A DNA stretch of 64,000 bases from Planctomycetota bacterium (GTDB lineage Bacteria; Planctomycetota; PLA2; JAEUHO01). Location: NCBI GenBank assembly GCA_050248855.1, contig JBFWRP010000001.1, forward strand, positions 224,001-288,000, written 5' to 3'. The notes beneath the pieces were generated by a model. That model was not told the origin of the DNA, did no database searches, and saw only the letters and a list, made by a program, of their open reading frames with translations. This document shows, piece by piece, positions 7,469-17,004 of this stretch (within the stretch, counting starts at the first letter, position 1; every line of letters starts with the position of its first letter). Position numbers and translations under genes: made by a program.

Positions 7469-9199
7469 CTACTTGCCCTCGTCCGGGGCTGGCGCTTCGG
7501 GCAGCGGACCCAGCAGGTCTCGCACGAAGTCGGCCCAGCGGTCTTCCAAGTCCTCGAGCTCGGCATGGGAGAACACGGCGTCGACCGCGAATCCAAGCGA
7601 CTCCCCGCGCGGCAGCTCCATCCACGCACGAACCAGATCCAGGTAACGCGGCCACCAGGTCCCGTCGTCGATCGTTCGCAGGAAATGCAGGAACATCCAC
7701 GCCTGCTGGCGAAACACGAGGTAGCTGTCCCCTCGAGGAAGGTCGAATCGCGCCGCGGCCAGCTCGGCGATCTGGTAGCCGTGCGACGATCGCAGGAGCG
7801 ACTCCAGGGACAGGAGCGGGTAGACAGGGCCTTGCGCAAGGTCGTCCGCGTCCATCCGCTGGAAGCGTCGGTCCCGCAACGAGCGCGCCTCCAAGAGCAG
7901 CTCCTCGTTGCGAGGCTCGATTCGCCATCGACCGTCGTCCGCAAGGACGACACACTCCAGCAGGGCCGCTACGCCCTCGACCACGGCCGAGTCTCTCGCA
8001 CGAGCGGAGCGCCAGTTGTTGTGCTGGCGCGCGCTCGCGTACAGCAGGGCTCGCACGGCACCGTGCGCCAAGCGCCGCCTGGCCGCGCCTACTGGCTCCG
8101 GATCCTCGACGCGCGACGGCCACGAGACGGCAGGGTCCATTTCATGTGCGAAGACCCCGGCGCTCGTGATGTGCGCGAAGTCGGGACGGACCCTCGTGGC
8201 TTCGAATGCACGCCGGGAGTCGAGCATCCAAAGGCCCACGACGTGGCCGTCGGCGTAGCTGCGCACGCCAATCGGATAGTCCGGCCTCCCGCCGTAGGGC
8301 GCCATGAGGTCGGCCAGCCCGAGCGGCTCCCCGAACAGACGTTCGAACTCCGATCGGACGGTCGCCAGGATCCCGGGCGCCGCCTTTGCCAGCTCCGCGC
8401 GCCTGCGGCGGTCGACAGCACCCATCTCCGGGTCTTCGGCGACCCGCCGCGGGGGCCCCGCGATGAAGGTCAGGAACGGCCGCTCCCACACCACCTCGGG
8501 ATCGAACAAGCCGTAGAAGTCGTCGTGCTCGACGTTGGCACGGTACGCGGCCACGGCGCGTGCTGCAGGATCGTCGAGACGAGCATGCGCCCACTCGCGG
8601 AAACGCAGAACCGCCTCCCGGGCCTCCGCAAGCGATTCCTCCTCTCCCTCACCAAACCAGCGCTTCTCCCGCGCCGCCCGGATCGTCTCGATCTCGGGCA
8701 GGTCCTCCTCGCGGAGATCCATGAACAGGTTCCGGTCCTCGTCCGCGAGTCGGAACTCGACGTGCCCGAGCAGCGTGTGCGCCAGCGGGTCGTCGCGCCC
8801 GTCCTCGGTCGCCAGCCAACCTTCAAGTAGCGGGCGCAAGATGGGATCACCCTGCTCGTGCGCAGGAAGGCCGCCCAGCCGATCGCGGAGCGCCGTCCAG
8901 CCCGTCTTCCCCCGCGGTGGGTTCTGGGCGTAGTCGAGGGCCATCGCTGCTGCCGTGTCGGCCACCTCGGCGGCTCGACGCTCCCGTTGCCCCAAGGCCA
9001 GCAGCGCTCCGAGCGCCAGCGACGCCAAGACCACCAAGCTCACCCGGGCGATGCGCGCGGCCAGCGGCAGGGGCAGCTTGCGCAGCGACGTGCCGCACGC
9101 ACCGCAAGCCCCGCAGGCGGGGCACGCCGCGGCGGCACCGACGGCCGTCTCGTCGACGTCGAACCTCTTCCCACAGCTCGGACACGTGATCGTCCGCAT
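7469..9199 (-). CDS. Zinc ribbon + TM + degenerate DUF1570/zincin-like domain protein
   Basis: ITCPSCG..CPAC; TM helix; AHGAVRALL / VVEGVAALLE / QQAWMFLHFL resemble DUF1570 motifs without HExxH. Confidence 0.6.
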   Translation of the reverse strand: MRTITCPSCGKRFDVDETAVGAAAACPACGACGACGTSLRKLPLPLAARIARVSLVVLASLALGALLALGQRERRAAEVADTAAAMALDYAQNPPRGKTGWTALRDRLGGLPAHEQGDPILRPLLEGWLATEDGRDDPLAHTLLGHVEFRLADEDRNLFMDLREEDLPEIETIRAAREKRWFGEGEEESLAEAREAVLRFREWAHARLDDPAARAVAAYRANVEHDDFYGLFDPEVVWERPFLTFIAGPPRRVAEDPEMGAVDRRRRAELAKAAPGILATVRSEFERLFGEPLGLADLMAPYGGRPDYPIGVRSYADGHVVGLWMLDSRRAFEATRVRPDFAHITSAGVFAHEMDPAVSWPSRVEDPEPVGAARRRLAHGAVRALLYASARQHNNWRSARARDSAVVEGVAALLECVVLADDGRWRIEPRNEELLLEARSLRDRRFQRMDADDLAQGPVYPLLSLESLLRSSHGYQIAELAAARFDLPRGDSYLVFRQQAWMFLHFLRTIDDGTWWPRYLDLVRAWMELPRGESLGFAVDAVFSHAELEDLEDRWADFVRDLLGPLPEAPAPDEGK

Positions 9200-9265
9200 G
9201 ACCGTCTCCCCGGGTCGGGCAGGGCCAGGGTACGGCGGGACGGAGCGATGCCGTACGGAGGCGGC

Positions 9266-11626
9266 TCAGGGGGTGGCGCGAATCGCTGTGGGCGTGCCGT
9301 CCCAGGGAGTCTTCACCCAACGGAACGACCGGAGCCGCTCGCGCGTGGCCTGGGTCCCGCGGCCCCCCCACGCCGTGTCGCCGTCGAGAACGACCGGGTA
9401 CATGGCCTCGAGCGTCTCCGCGGCCACCCAGCCCAAGCAGCAGTTGGTGTCCAGGAGCTCGAGGACCGTCTCCACCAGGGGGCCCTCGGGAACGCCCTCC
9501 ATGATGGCGTTCTCGAGGATCCACGTCCTGCCGCTCTCCACGAGACGCTGGAGCACTGCCTTCTCACCCGCATCGCCCGACCAGCCCAACGCGACCTCCG
9601 CCTGACGGGCCAGCGGTGACTGCGGATCGTCCCTCCGGGCACGAAGCCAGATGCGGACGCGCTCGTCATCGAGGAGACCGAGGAACGACAGGTCTTCCTC
9701 GAGATCGGCCAGTGCGAGGACCGCGCCGATCGCATCCCCTGCCAGCAGGGCGCCGCGGAACGGTTCGTGGAGCTCCCCACCGCCCTCCTCCTCGTCTTCC
9801 TCGTTCTCGTCCTCATCGCTCGTCCACCGCAGGAAGGAGACCGACCCGGCCAGGTGGCGCACGACGCGCGGATCGAGGCCGGCTCGCAGGAGCAGGGCGC
9901 CTGCGGCCAGGGCCTGCTGGTCCGGCTCCGACGCCACGAGCGTCAAGCGCAGGAAGGCCTCGACAGCCGGATCCGGATGCCGGCCCAGCTCGGCCGCGTC
10001 CTCGTCCATCCACGAGGACCAGCCACGCGCCAAGACCTCCGGCGCCACGTCGAGCCCGAGCCGCAGGCACCACGGCCCGAACGCCTCGACGACATGCCCA
10101 TCCCCCGAGCGCGCCCACGTCACGAGCAGCGACCGGATGCGGTCCGCCTCCAGCTGGAGGAGCTCGACGAGCACCGCGCCGAACGCGCGCCCGTGCTCGT
10201 CGACCCAGCGAGGGGCCTCCGCCTCTTCAAGGCGATCGAGGAGCCGCCGCGCCCGCTCTCCGTCGAGCGAGCCTGGCTCGGCGAGCATGTGCCAGGCCAG
10301 CAGCACGTCCGCGTCAGCGGCGCGTCGGGCGAGCTCGTCTCCAAGCCAAGCGACGTCGTCGTCGTCAGGACCCATGCCCGTCCATGTCCGCTCGTCTTCG
10401 CGAGCTCCCCAGGCGTAGGCATTGCACATCTGCGCGATGTCCTGTGGGTGCCGCCCCTCGTCGTCCTCCAGCAGCACGTCCAGGGCCTCGGCCCGCATGC
10501 GGTCGCGATCGGCCAGCCACCTCCAGTCGGGGTCGATGTCGTCCCAACCGCCCTCTTCGCGGTTGAGCAGCGCGCGCGCCTCCGGCAGGCCGGTGCTCGC
10601 CCAGGCGGCAAGGGCCGCTTCCCCCAGCTCGTCGGTGCCTCCCCGGAACCCGGTGGCGTGGCTCACGACGGTGGCCTTCCCCCCTTCGAGACCAGCGAGC
10701 TTGCGCATGGTCGTGAGCAGCAGGTGCCTCTCGACGTCATGGTTGGAGCGCTGGCTCCCCGCGGCATCCGCTAGCGCCTCCAGGAGCGCAACATCGGCTT
10801 CCGTGAACACCCGCGCCGCCGTGACGCGGCGCAGCCACCTGAGCGAGAGGTCCGTGCCGGCCTCGGTGGGTTCCGCCGCCGTGCGACCGTCGATCCACGC
10901 GCGAAGCAGTACGTCGTGCTGCGCATCGAAGGTCGCGGGCTGCGCGGACCGGGGCGGCTCGGAAGCACCGCCATCCTGCTGCGCCCGCCGTCGCGCCTGG
11001 AACGCCAGGAAGCAGCGAGCCAGACCCTCGCGATGACGCTCGGACCGGTCGCAATCGGCCATCACGCCGCAGGTCAGCGACAAGGGAGCCAACCACGACT
11101 CCGGGCACACGGCGACGACCTCCGCCAGCACGTCGGCATGCGCTGGACGGGCCACGCGATGCAGCAGCTCGATGTCCCCCGGGCTGACCTCGTCCGAATG
11201 CTCCAGGGCCGCCCGCATCGCCACCGGCCAGTCGACCGAACCGAAACCGATCGACGTGAACGCCGCCGGCTCTTCCGCACCTGGTCCCGCAGGCTCGGAG
11301 AACCACCACGCCGGCTGCTGCGCTCGCAGCGCCGCAGCACGCGCAACCTCGTCGACGGAGAGATGGGGCCACCCGATCACCAGCGAGGCGGCACGAGCAG
11401 CAGCCTCGTCATCGCCCCCGAGCGCCTCGCGGGCGAGCTCGATCCGCTCGGGCACGGGCAGCTCGAGCCAGGCTTCGACGGTGGCCTCGTGGCTTTCCGC
11501 CTCTTCGTCCACCAACACGGGGAGACGGATCCGTGCCCCCGGTGCGTCCTCTTCCGCGCGCGTGACGCCGCCCGCGACGAGGACGACCCCGAAGACGATC
11601 CCTGCCAGCACCGCTCGTCCGGACAT
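9266..11626 (-). CDS. Large secreted alpha-helical hypothetical protein
   Basis: Signal peptide MSGRAVLAGIVFGVVLVAGGVTRA; acidic, helical composition. Confidence 0.65.
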   Translation of the reverse strand: MSGRAVLAGIVFGVVLVAGGVTRAEEDAPGARIRLPVLVDEEAESHEATVEAWLELPVPERIELAREALGGDDEAAARAASLVIGWPHLSVDEVARAAALRAQQPAWWFSEPAGPGAEEPAAFTSIGFGSVDWPVAMRAALEHSDEVSPGDIELLHRVARPAHADVLAEVVAVCPESWLAPLSLTCGVMADCDRSERHREGLARCFLAFQARRRAQQDGGASEPPRSAQPATFDAQHDVLLRAWIDGRTAAEPTEAGTDLSLRWLRRVTAARVFTEADVALLEALADAAGSQRSNHDVERHLLLTTMRKLAGLEGGKATVVSHATGFRGGTDELGEAALAAWASTGLPEARALLNREEGGWDDIDPDWRWLADRDRMRAEALDVLLEDDEGRHPQDIAQMCNAYAWGAREDERTWTGMGPDDDDVAWLGDELARRAADADVLLAWHMLAEPGSLDGERARRLLDRLEEAEAPRWVDEHGRAFGAVLVELLQLEADRIRSLLVTWARSGDGHVVEAFGPWCLRLGLDVAPEVLARGWSSWMDEDAAELGRHPDPAVEAFLRLTLVASEPDQQALAAGALLLRAGLDPRVVRHLAGSVSFLRWTSDEDENEEDEEEGGGELHEPFRGALLAGDAIGAVLALADLEEDLSFLGLLDDERVRIWLRARRDDPQSPLARQAEVALGWSGDAGEKAVLQRLVESGRTWILENAIMEGVPEGPLVETVLELLDTNCCLGWVAAETLEAMYPVVLDGDTAWGGRGTQATRERLRSFRWVKTPWDGTPTAIRATP

Positions 11627-11746
11627 GCACCGTCCCTCGCGGCGGATGGACACGCCACCCACGCCCACAGCCTTCAAGAACGCGGCCCGCCGTCGTGCGC
11701 AGCGGCGCGCCGCCACCAGGCCAGGCGACGAGCCTATCCGCGCGCC

Positions 11747-12982
11747 TCAGGCCGACGCACGCACCTCGTGGGCGGCGCAGGCGGGGCAGATGCCGTGCGT
11801 GACGCGCAGCGACCCCTCGCGCGGCACGAAATGGCCGATCGGGAGCCACTCGCCCGTGGCGTCCCGGACGCACTCACACCAGGCGCAGATGGCCACGTGG
11901 TCGTCGCCGCGGGCCCGCGTGAGGAGGCCGCGGGCGGGGCGGGCGGCGTCCTCGTCCAGAAGCCGCGCCACCCGACGCAGCAGCTCGCTCTGCTCCTCCA
12001 GGAAGCGCTTGCGGAAACGCGCCAGCACACGCCGGCTCGCACCGTCGTCCAGCCCCAGCTCCGCGAGGCGGCCCCCGGAGCCCTCGACGTCGTGGAGTCG
12101 GAGCAACACGGCGGCCGCGACGATCTCGTCGATGCCCCGGATCAGGGGCGCGGCACGCTCGTCGTCCATGGCCTCGAGCTGGCGGGCCACGGCGTTGCCC
12201 TCGTGGATGGACTCGGCGCGTAGCAGCGGCTGACCGCGCGTGGCCTCGAGCAGCTCGAGGGTCTCGCGGCCGAGGCGCAGGGCGTCCTCGACATTGCCCA
12301 GCAAGCACGCGGCGTTCACCTCGAGCGGCAGCTGACCCAGTCGGCGAAACGGAGGCGTGAGGCCCAGACGAGCCACGCGCGCGAAGATGCCCTGCGCCAC
12401 GCGCGGATGCCCCTCCCTCAACGCCACGTGCGCATCCATCATGGCCAGCGCCCAGCGGTAGATGGACTCCATGCCGTGGCCCTCGCGCTCGAAAAACGCG
12501 CGATAGCGCTCCACGTGCGCACGGGCCGTGGCCAAGTCATCGCACAACATGGCCAACGTGCCCGCGGCCGAGCAGTAGCCCATCTCCAGACCCGGCATCG
12601 GCGCCTCGAGCGCGTCCAGGACCCGCCGCAGCTGCCCCAACGTCGGGGCGAGCTCGTCCACGAGGTGCAGCTTGGCCAGCGCACCGCACTGACCCGTGAG
12701 GCCATGGGCCAGGGCGGGGCGCGCCGTGGCCCCGCCGGACTCGGCAAGCGCCTGGATGCGCACGCCCAGCAGGTGGGCCTCGAGGTAGCGCCCCGCCCGC
12801 CCGTACAGCGTCATCAACGTGCGCAGCGCCAGGACCTCGTCGCCGGGGTGGCCCCCGCGCGTGGTGCGCACGAGCTCGCGGAGGTGCTGCTCGGCCTCGT
12901 CACCGCGCCCGGCATCGGCCAGCGCGCGCCCGGCATGTACCTCGGCCAGATGTTCCGGCCTCGGCTCCCAGAGGACGTCCAT
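11747..12982 (-). CDS. TPR-like protein with C-terminal ICAWC...THGICPAC metal-binding motif
   Basis: Motif of the type seen at the C-termini of some PAS/response-regulator proteins; GGAGG upstream. Confidence 0.65.
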   Translation of the reverse strand: MDVLWEPRPEHLAEVHAGRALADAGRGDEAEQHLRELVRTTRGGHPGDEVLALRTLMTLYGRAGRYLEAHLLGVRIQALAESGGATARPALAHGLTGQCGALAKLHLVDELAPTLGQLRRVLDALEAPMPGLEMGYCSAAGTLAMLCDDLATARAHVERYRAFFEREGHGMESIYRWALAMMDAHVALREGHPRVAQGIFARVARLGLTPPFRRLGQLPLEVNAACLLGNVEDALRLGRETLELLEATRGQPLLRAESIHEGNAVARQLEAMDDERAAPLIRGIDEIVAAAVLLRLHDVEGSGGRLAELGLDDGASRRVLARFRKRFLEEQSELLRRVARLLDEDAARPARGLLTRARGDDHVAICAWCECVRDATGEWLPIGHFVPREGSLRVTHGICPACAAHEVRASA

Positions 12983-13057
12983 GCCGCCTCGACCTCCTAC
13001 GTACCCCCTTCCATCGGCCAGCGGAGGCTCCAACCGACGCGGGTTTCGCGGACCGCG

Positions 13058-13615
13058 TCAGGCCCCGGGCCACTGCCACGCGAAGATCGCGCCGGTGACC
13101 ACGGCGTACAGCAGGCCCTCGACGACGGTGCGCATGGTCGAGCCCCATGGACGGCCCTTCCAGATGGAGTCCGCGGGTCCTTGCCAGGCGTAGGCAAGCC
13201 AGGAGGTGGCACCCACGATCTGCAGGACGTGCAGGAAGTCGGCGCCCGATGCGATCGAGGCGCGCGCGAGGTAGGCCACGATCGCGGTGACCACCAGCAC
13301 GTAGACGACCCACTGCCCGAGGAACGGGCCCAGCTTCATGCCGCCGGGCGCGCGCGACCAGATGGTGAGGACGGGGCCCTCTTCGAAGCGCCGCATCATC
13401 TCGGCATCGGCCATCTGCTTGGGATCCACGCAGTGCGGGACGATGTACTGGCCCGGCGGGAGTCCCTTCAAGGCGGCGCGCGTCCCGGGCTCGTCGGGCA
13501 CGGGGTTGTAGTGGGCCGCGTGCCACGCGAGCACCATGTGGACGGCGAAGCTGGCGAAGAACACCGCCACCACGGACAGGGCGATCGGCAGCAAAAGGGC
13601 GGACCAAGCGACCAT
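13058..13615 (-). CDS. Membrane protein, about 4 TM helices
   Basis: Hydrophobic segments; GGGAGG SD. Confidence 0.75.
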   Translation of the reverse strand: MVAWSALLLPIALSVVAVFFASFAVHMVLAWHAAHYNPVPDEPGTRAALKGLPPGQYIVPHCVDPKQMADAEMMRRFEEGPVLTIWSRAPGGMKLGPFLGQWVVYVLVVTAIVAYLARASIASGADFLHVLQIVGATSWLAYAWQGPADSIWKGRPWGSTMRTVVEGLLYAVVTGAIFAWQWPGA

Positions 13616-13717
13616 GCGAGCCTCCCGCGGGCACGACGTCCCGTTCGCCCGCCGAGCCTGCGACATGCCGCTCCGGCCGTCAACCACCACCGACCGGAGC
13701 CGTCGGCAGGAGCTCGT

Positions 13718-14143
13718 TCAGCCGAGCAAGCCTCCCAAGCCCGGGACCTTGGCCGCGATCGACTTCTTGAGGTCCGGCGGCAGCTTCTCGCGCAGGAACT
13801 TCACGAACATCTCGAGGAACGACTTGGCCTTGTCCATGCTCAATCCCGACTTGGCCAAGGCCGCCATCGCGCCCCCTGCGCCACCCAGGAGGCCCTCGGC
13901 CTTGCCGGCCAGCCCCCCGAGCACGCCCCCGAGCCCCCCACCGCCGCTCGAACCGCCACCGCCCGCTGCCTTGCTGGCGAGCCCCTCGGCGCCGGGAACT
14001 GCCGCGGCCAGCTTGCCGAAGTCCACCTCACCCACGTGCTTCTTCACGAAGTCGAGCAGCCCGCCCGCGCCGGCGGAGGCCGCTCCCGCGTCGATGCCCA
14101 GAGCCTTCGAGGCCGATCCGATGAAGTCCTGGATGCCTGCCAT
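13718..14143 (-). CDS. DUF2780-like small Gly/Ala-rich protein
   Basis: AGAGGLLDFVKKHVGEVDFGKLAAAVPGAEGL; AAGGAG SD. Confidence 0.7.
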   Translation of the reverse strand: MAGIQDFIGSASKALGIDAGAASAGAGGLLDFVKKHVGEVDFGKLAAAVPGAEGLASKAAGGGGSSGGGGLGGVLGGLAGKAEGLLGGAGGAMAALAKSGLSMDKAKSFLEMFVKFLREKLPPDLKKSIAAKVPGLGGLLG

Positions 14144-14251
14144 GCTCGCTCCTTGTCGGTTGCGTGGAGAACCAGCGTAGCGCGACGGACGCTCGGGGTG
14201 GGCGCGACGCATGCACAGGCAATCCCGTATCCTCCCGGCAGGGAGGTCGAG

Positions 14252-16000
14252 ATGCGCTGGACGACGCTCGCGCTGTTCGGGCTGGCCGCGTTGCTCGCAC
14301 GGCCCGCCCTCGCCGAGGGGCGTGCGCTCCGCGGACGCGTCGTGGACGCCGACGGCGCCCCCGTCTCGGGTGTCACGGTGGCCTTGGCGTGGACGATCGA
14401 GCCCGGCAAGGCCCCCGAGCCCATCGCCCCGGTCGCGACCGACAACGACGGGCACTTCGCGATCACGCCGCCGGCTCGCGGACTGGCCACGACCCTGCTG
14501 GCGATCGACACGACGAACGCGCGCGGTGCCGTGGCCACGGTCCGCGCGGAGCAGCGCCATCGGCCGGTCACGCTCGCGCTCGGTCCCCTCGTGTCGCTCC
14601 GTGGGAAGGCGCTCCTGGAGGGGTCCAACGTCTTCCCGTTCGGCCTCGAGGCGTGGTTGGCGCACGGCGACGACCCCACGCAGGCCGTCAAGGTCCACTT
14701 CGACAGGTCCACGTTCGATGTGCGGATACCGGCGGGGACGTGGACCGTCACGATCCGCAGCCAGCAGTGCGCGGCGGTGACGGAGCAGGTCGCGTTGACC
14801 GCCGATGCCGGGGACGGTCGCGACGTGGCCGTCGAGCTGCGCGAGCAACCGCGTCGGGCCAACGTCGACCAGCTCGCGCCCCCGCTCCCGTTCCGCGAGC
14901 TTTCCAGCGGCGCGAAGGACCTTCTTTCGCTGGCACACTTCCCACCGCGCTGGACGATCTACTACTACTTCGACTACACCTGAGGCAGCTGCGTGTTCGG
15001 CGGTCTGCCGGACCTCCTCGAGGCCCAGGGCGAGCTCTCCGCGTGGTCCGACCGGATGGCCATCGTCGGGGTCCACCAGTTCACGGCGCCGACCCTGGAC
15101 GCGGTGCACGACGGCTTCCGCACGGCAGCGGCGCGCATCCCGCGCATCACGACGCGCTTGCCGGACCTCCTCGTGCTCGACAACCAGAGCGGTGGTTGGA
15201 GCGGGCTCTGGGACCCGGATGGCTTGGGCGACATGGTCCTCGTGGACCCGCACGGTCGGGTGGTCGCGCGCGGCAAGTCCTGCGTGGACGCCCTCAAGCG
15301 CAAGCTCGACGCGCTGCAGCGGGAGTTCGAGACGAACGTGGCGGCCTTGCGCAGCGCAACGACGCGCGAGGAGACGGAAGCGGCCATCGGCCGCGTGCTG
15401 GGCTCGGAGCTTCCGCGCGCCGAGCGCACGCTGCTCGAGCTCGCCGACACGCTTCCGAGCGAGAAGTGCGCGCCGCTCTACGCCGCGCTGCTCGACATGG
15501 GCCAGTCCGCGCCGTTGGTCCAGGCCCTGGCCACGGGCGATCGCTCCCAGCGCGACGCCGCCCGCGAGGTCATGCGCGCGAAGCCGCGGCCCCAGTGGAC
15601 GACCCACCTGCTCGAGCGTGCCCGGGACGGCAAGCTGGACGTGGAGGAGGTCGTCAGCCTGCTCGAGCTCGCGATCGAGCTCGCGGACGACAGGACGCCC
15701 GTGGAGGCCCTCCTCCTGGACCTCACCAAGGGCGGCTCGTTCTCCCGCCGCAAGCACCTGATCCCCCTGCTCGGTCGGCTGCGCACACCGGGTGCCAAGG
15801 AACGCCTGTTGAGCCTGCTGGAGAAGGGGGGCAACCCGCTCCTGCGCCGCCTCGCCGCCGAGGCGCTGCCGGCCTGGAGCGACGATGACGTACGTGCCGC
15901 CCTCAAGGCGGCCGCCGCCAAGGACCGTAACGACGACGTGCGTGCCGCCGCCAAAGAGGCCCTGGCCGCGATCGAGGCCAGAGGCAGCGACGCCGGCTGA
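14252..16000 (+). CDS. Putative exported selenoprotein: carboxypeptidase-regulatory-like beta domains + TlpA/AhpC-like thioredoxin fold (UxxC) + HEAT repeats (582 aa, Sec244)
   Basis: GGGAGG SD, signal peptide; WTIYYYFDYT-TGA(14981-14983)-GSC-VFGGLPDL...MAIVGVH continues in frame into ORF 14993..16000. Confidence 0.87.
14995..15013 (+). promoter_or_regulatory. Bacterial SECIS-like hairpin
   Basis: GTTCGGC-GGTCT-GCCGGAC, 18 nt between UGA and loop; apex GCGGTCTGC resembles the E. coli fdhF SECIS apex GCAGGTCTGC. Confidence 0.8.
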
Positions 16001-16025
16001 TCCCTCGGGGGACCAAAGACCCGCA

Positions 16026-17004
16026 GGGCGGCGGGATCCCGCCGCTTGCCGAAATTTCGGCGCGCCCGAGAGCCCGGAGTTCAGGCCTCGCGGGCTTCCG
16101 AATTCTCGGCAGGCTCTCCGGCGGGATCCCGCCGCCCGCGGGACACCGTGGATCCCGAGACCCCGGGCTCGACGCGTCGGAGGCGGTCCCTCCGTCGGGG
16201 CCCCCGCGGTTCGCGTACCGAGCCCGGTGAGATTCCCGCTTCACGCCGGGGCGCCCCTGACGGCGCGGTCACGCACGGGAGCGTGAAGTCGGAATCTCAC
16301 CCGGCTCGTCCGCCGCGTTCGCTACCGGAGGACCACCCGGTGCGAGAGCTCCCGGTCGGCGGTGAGGGAGAACTCGAGCCGGGCGGTGGCATGCCGCCGT
16401 TTGCCGAAATTTCGGCGCGCCGGAGAGCCCGGAGTTCAGGCCTCGTGGGCTGCCGAAATTTCGGCAGGCTCTCCGGCGGTATCCCGCCGCCTGCGGAACA
16501 CCGGGGAGCCCGAGCCCCGAGCTCGACGCGTCGGACGCGGTCCCTCCGTCGGGGCCCCCGCGGTTCGCGTACCGAGCCCGGTGAGATTCCCACTTCACGC
16601 CGGGGCGCCCCTGACGGCGCGGTCACGCACGGGAGCGTGAAGTCGGAGTCTCACCCGGCTCGTCCGCCGCGTTCGCAACCGGAGGACCACCCTGTGCGAA
16701 AGCTCCTCGTCGGAGGTGAGGGAGAGCTCGAGCCGGGCGGCGGCATACCGCCGTTTGCCGAAGTTTCGGCGCGCCCGTGAGCCCGGAGTTCAGGCCTCGC
16801 GGGCTGCCGAAACTTCGGCAGGCTGCCCGGCGGTATCCCGCCGCCCGCGGGACACCGTGGATCCCGAGACCCCCCGGCTCGACGCGTCGGAGGCGGTCCC
16901 TCCGTCGGGGCCCCCGCGGTTCGCGTACCGAGCCGCGTTCGCTATCGGAGGACCACCCGGTGCGAAAGCTCCTCGTCGGAGGTGAGGGAGAGCTCGAGCC
17001 GGGC
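16026..17004. repeat. Three tandem ~355-bp palindrome-rich units, each ending in a copy of the 3' end of the adjacent minus-strand gene
   Basis: TTGCCGAA(A/G)TTTCGGC at 16046, 16401, 16755; third unit lacks an 88-bp hairpin. Confidence 0.9.

Noticed and set aside
16322..17004. Diversity-generating retroelement (template/variable copies of a gene 3' end)
   Set aside because: Differences between copies are not adenine-specific and there is no reverse transcriptase in the window.
16026..17004. CRISPR array
   Set aside because: Units are ~355 bp and similar along their whole length, with no unique spacers and no cas genes.
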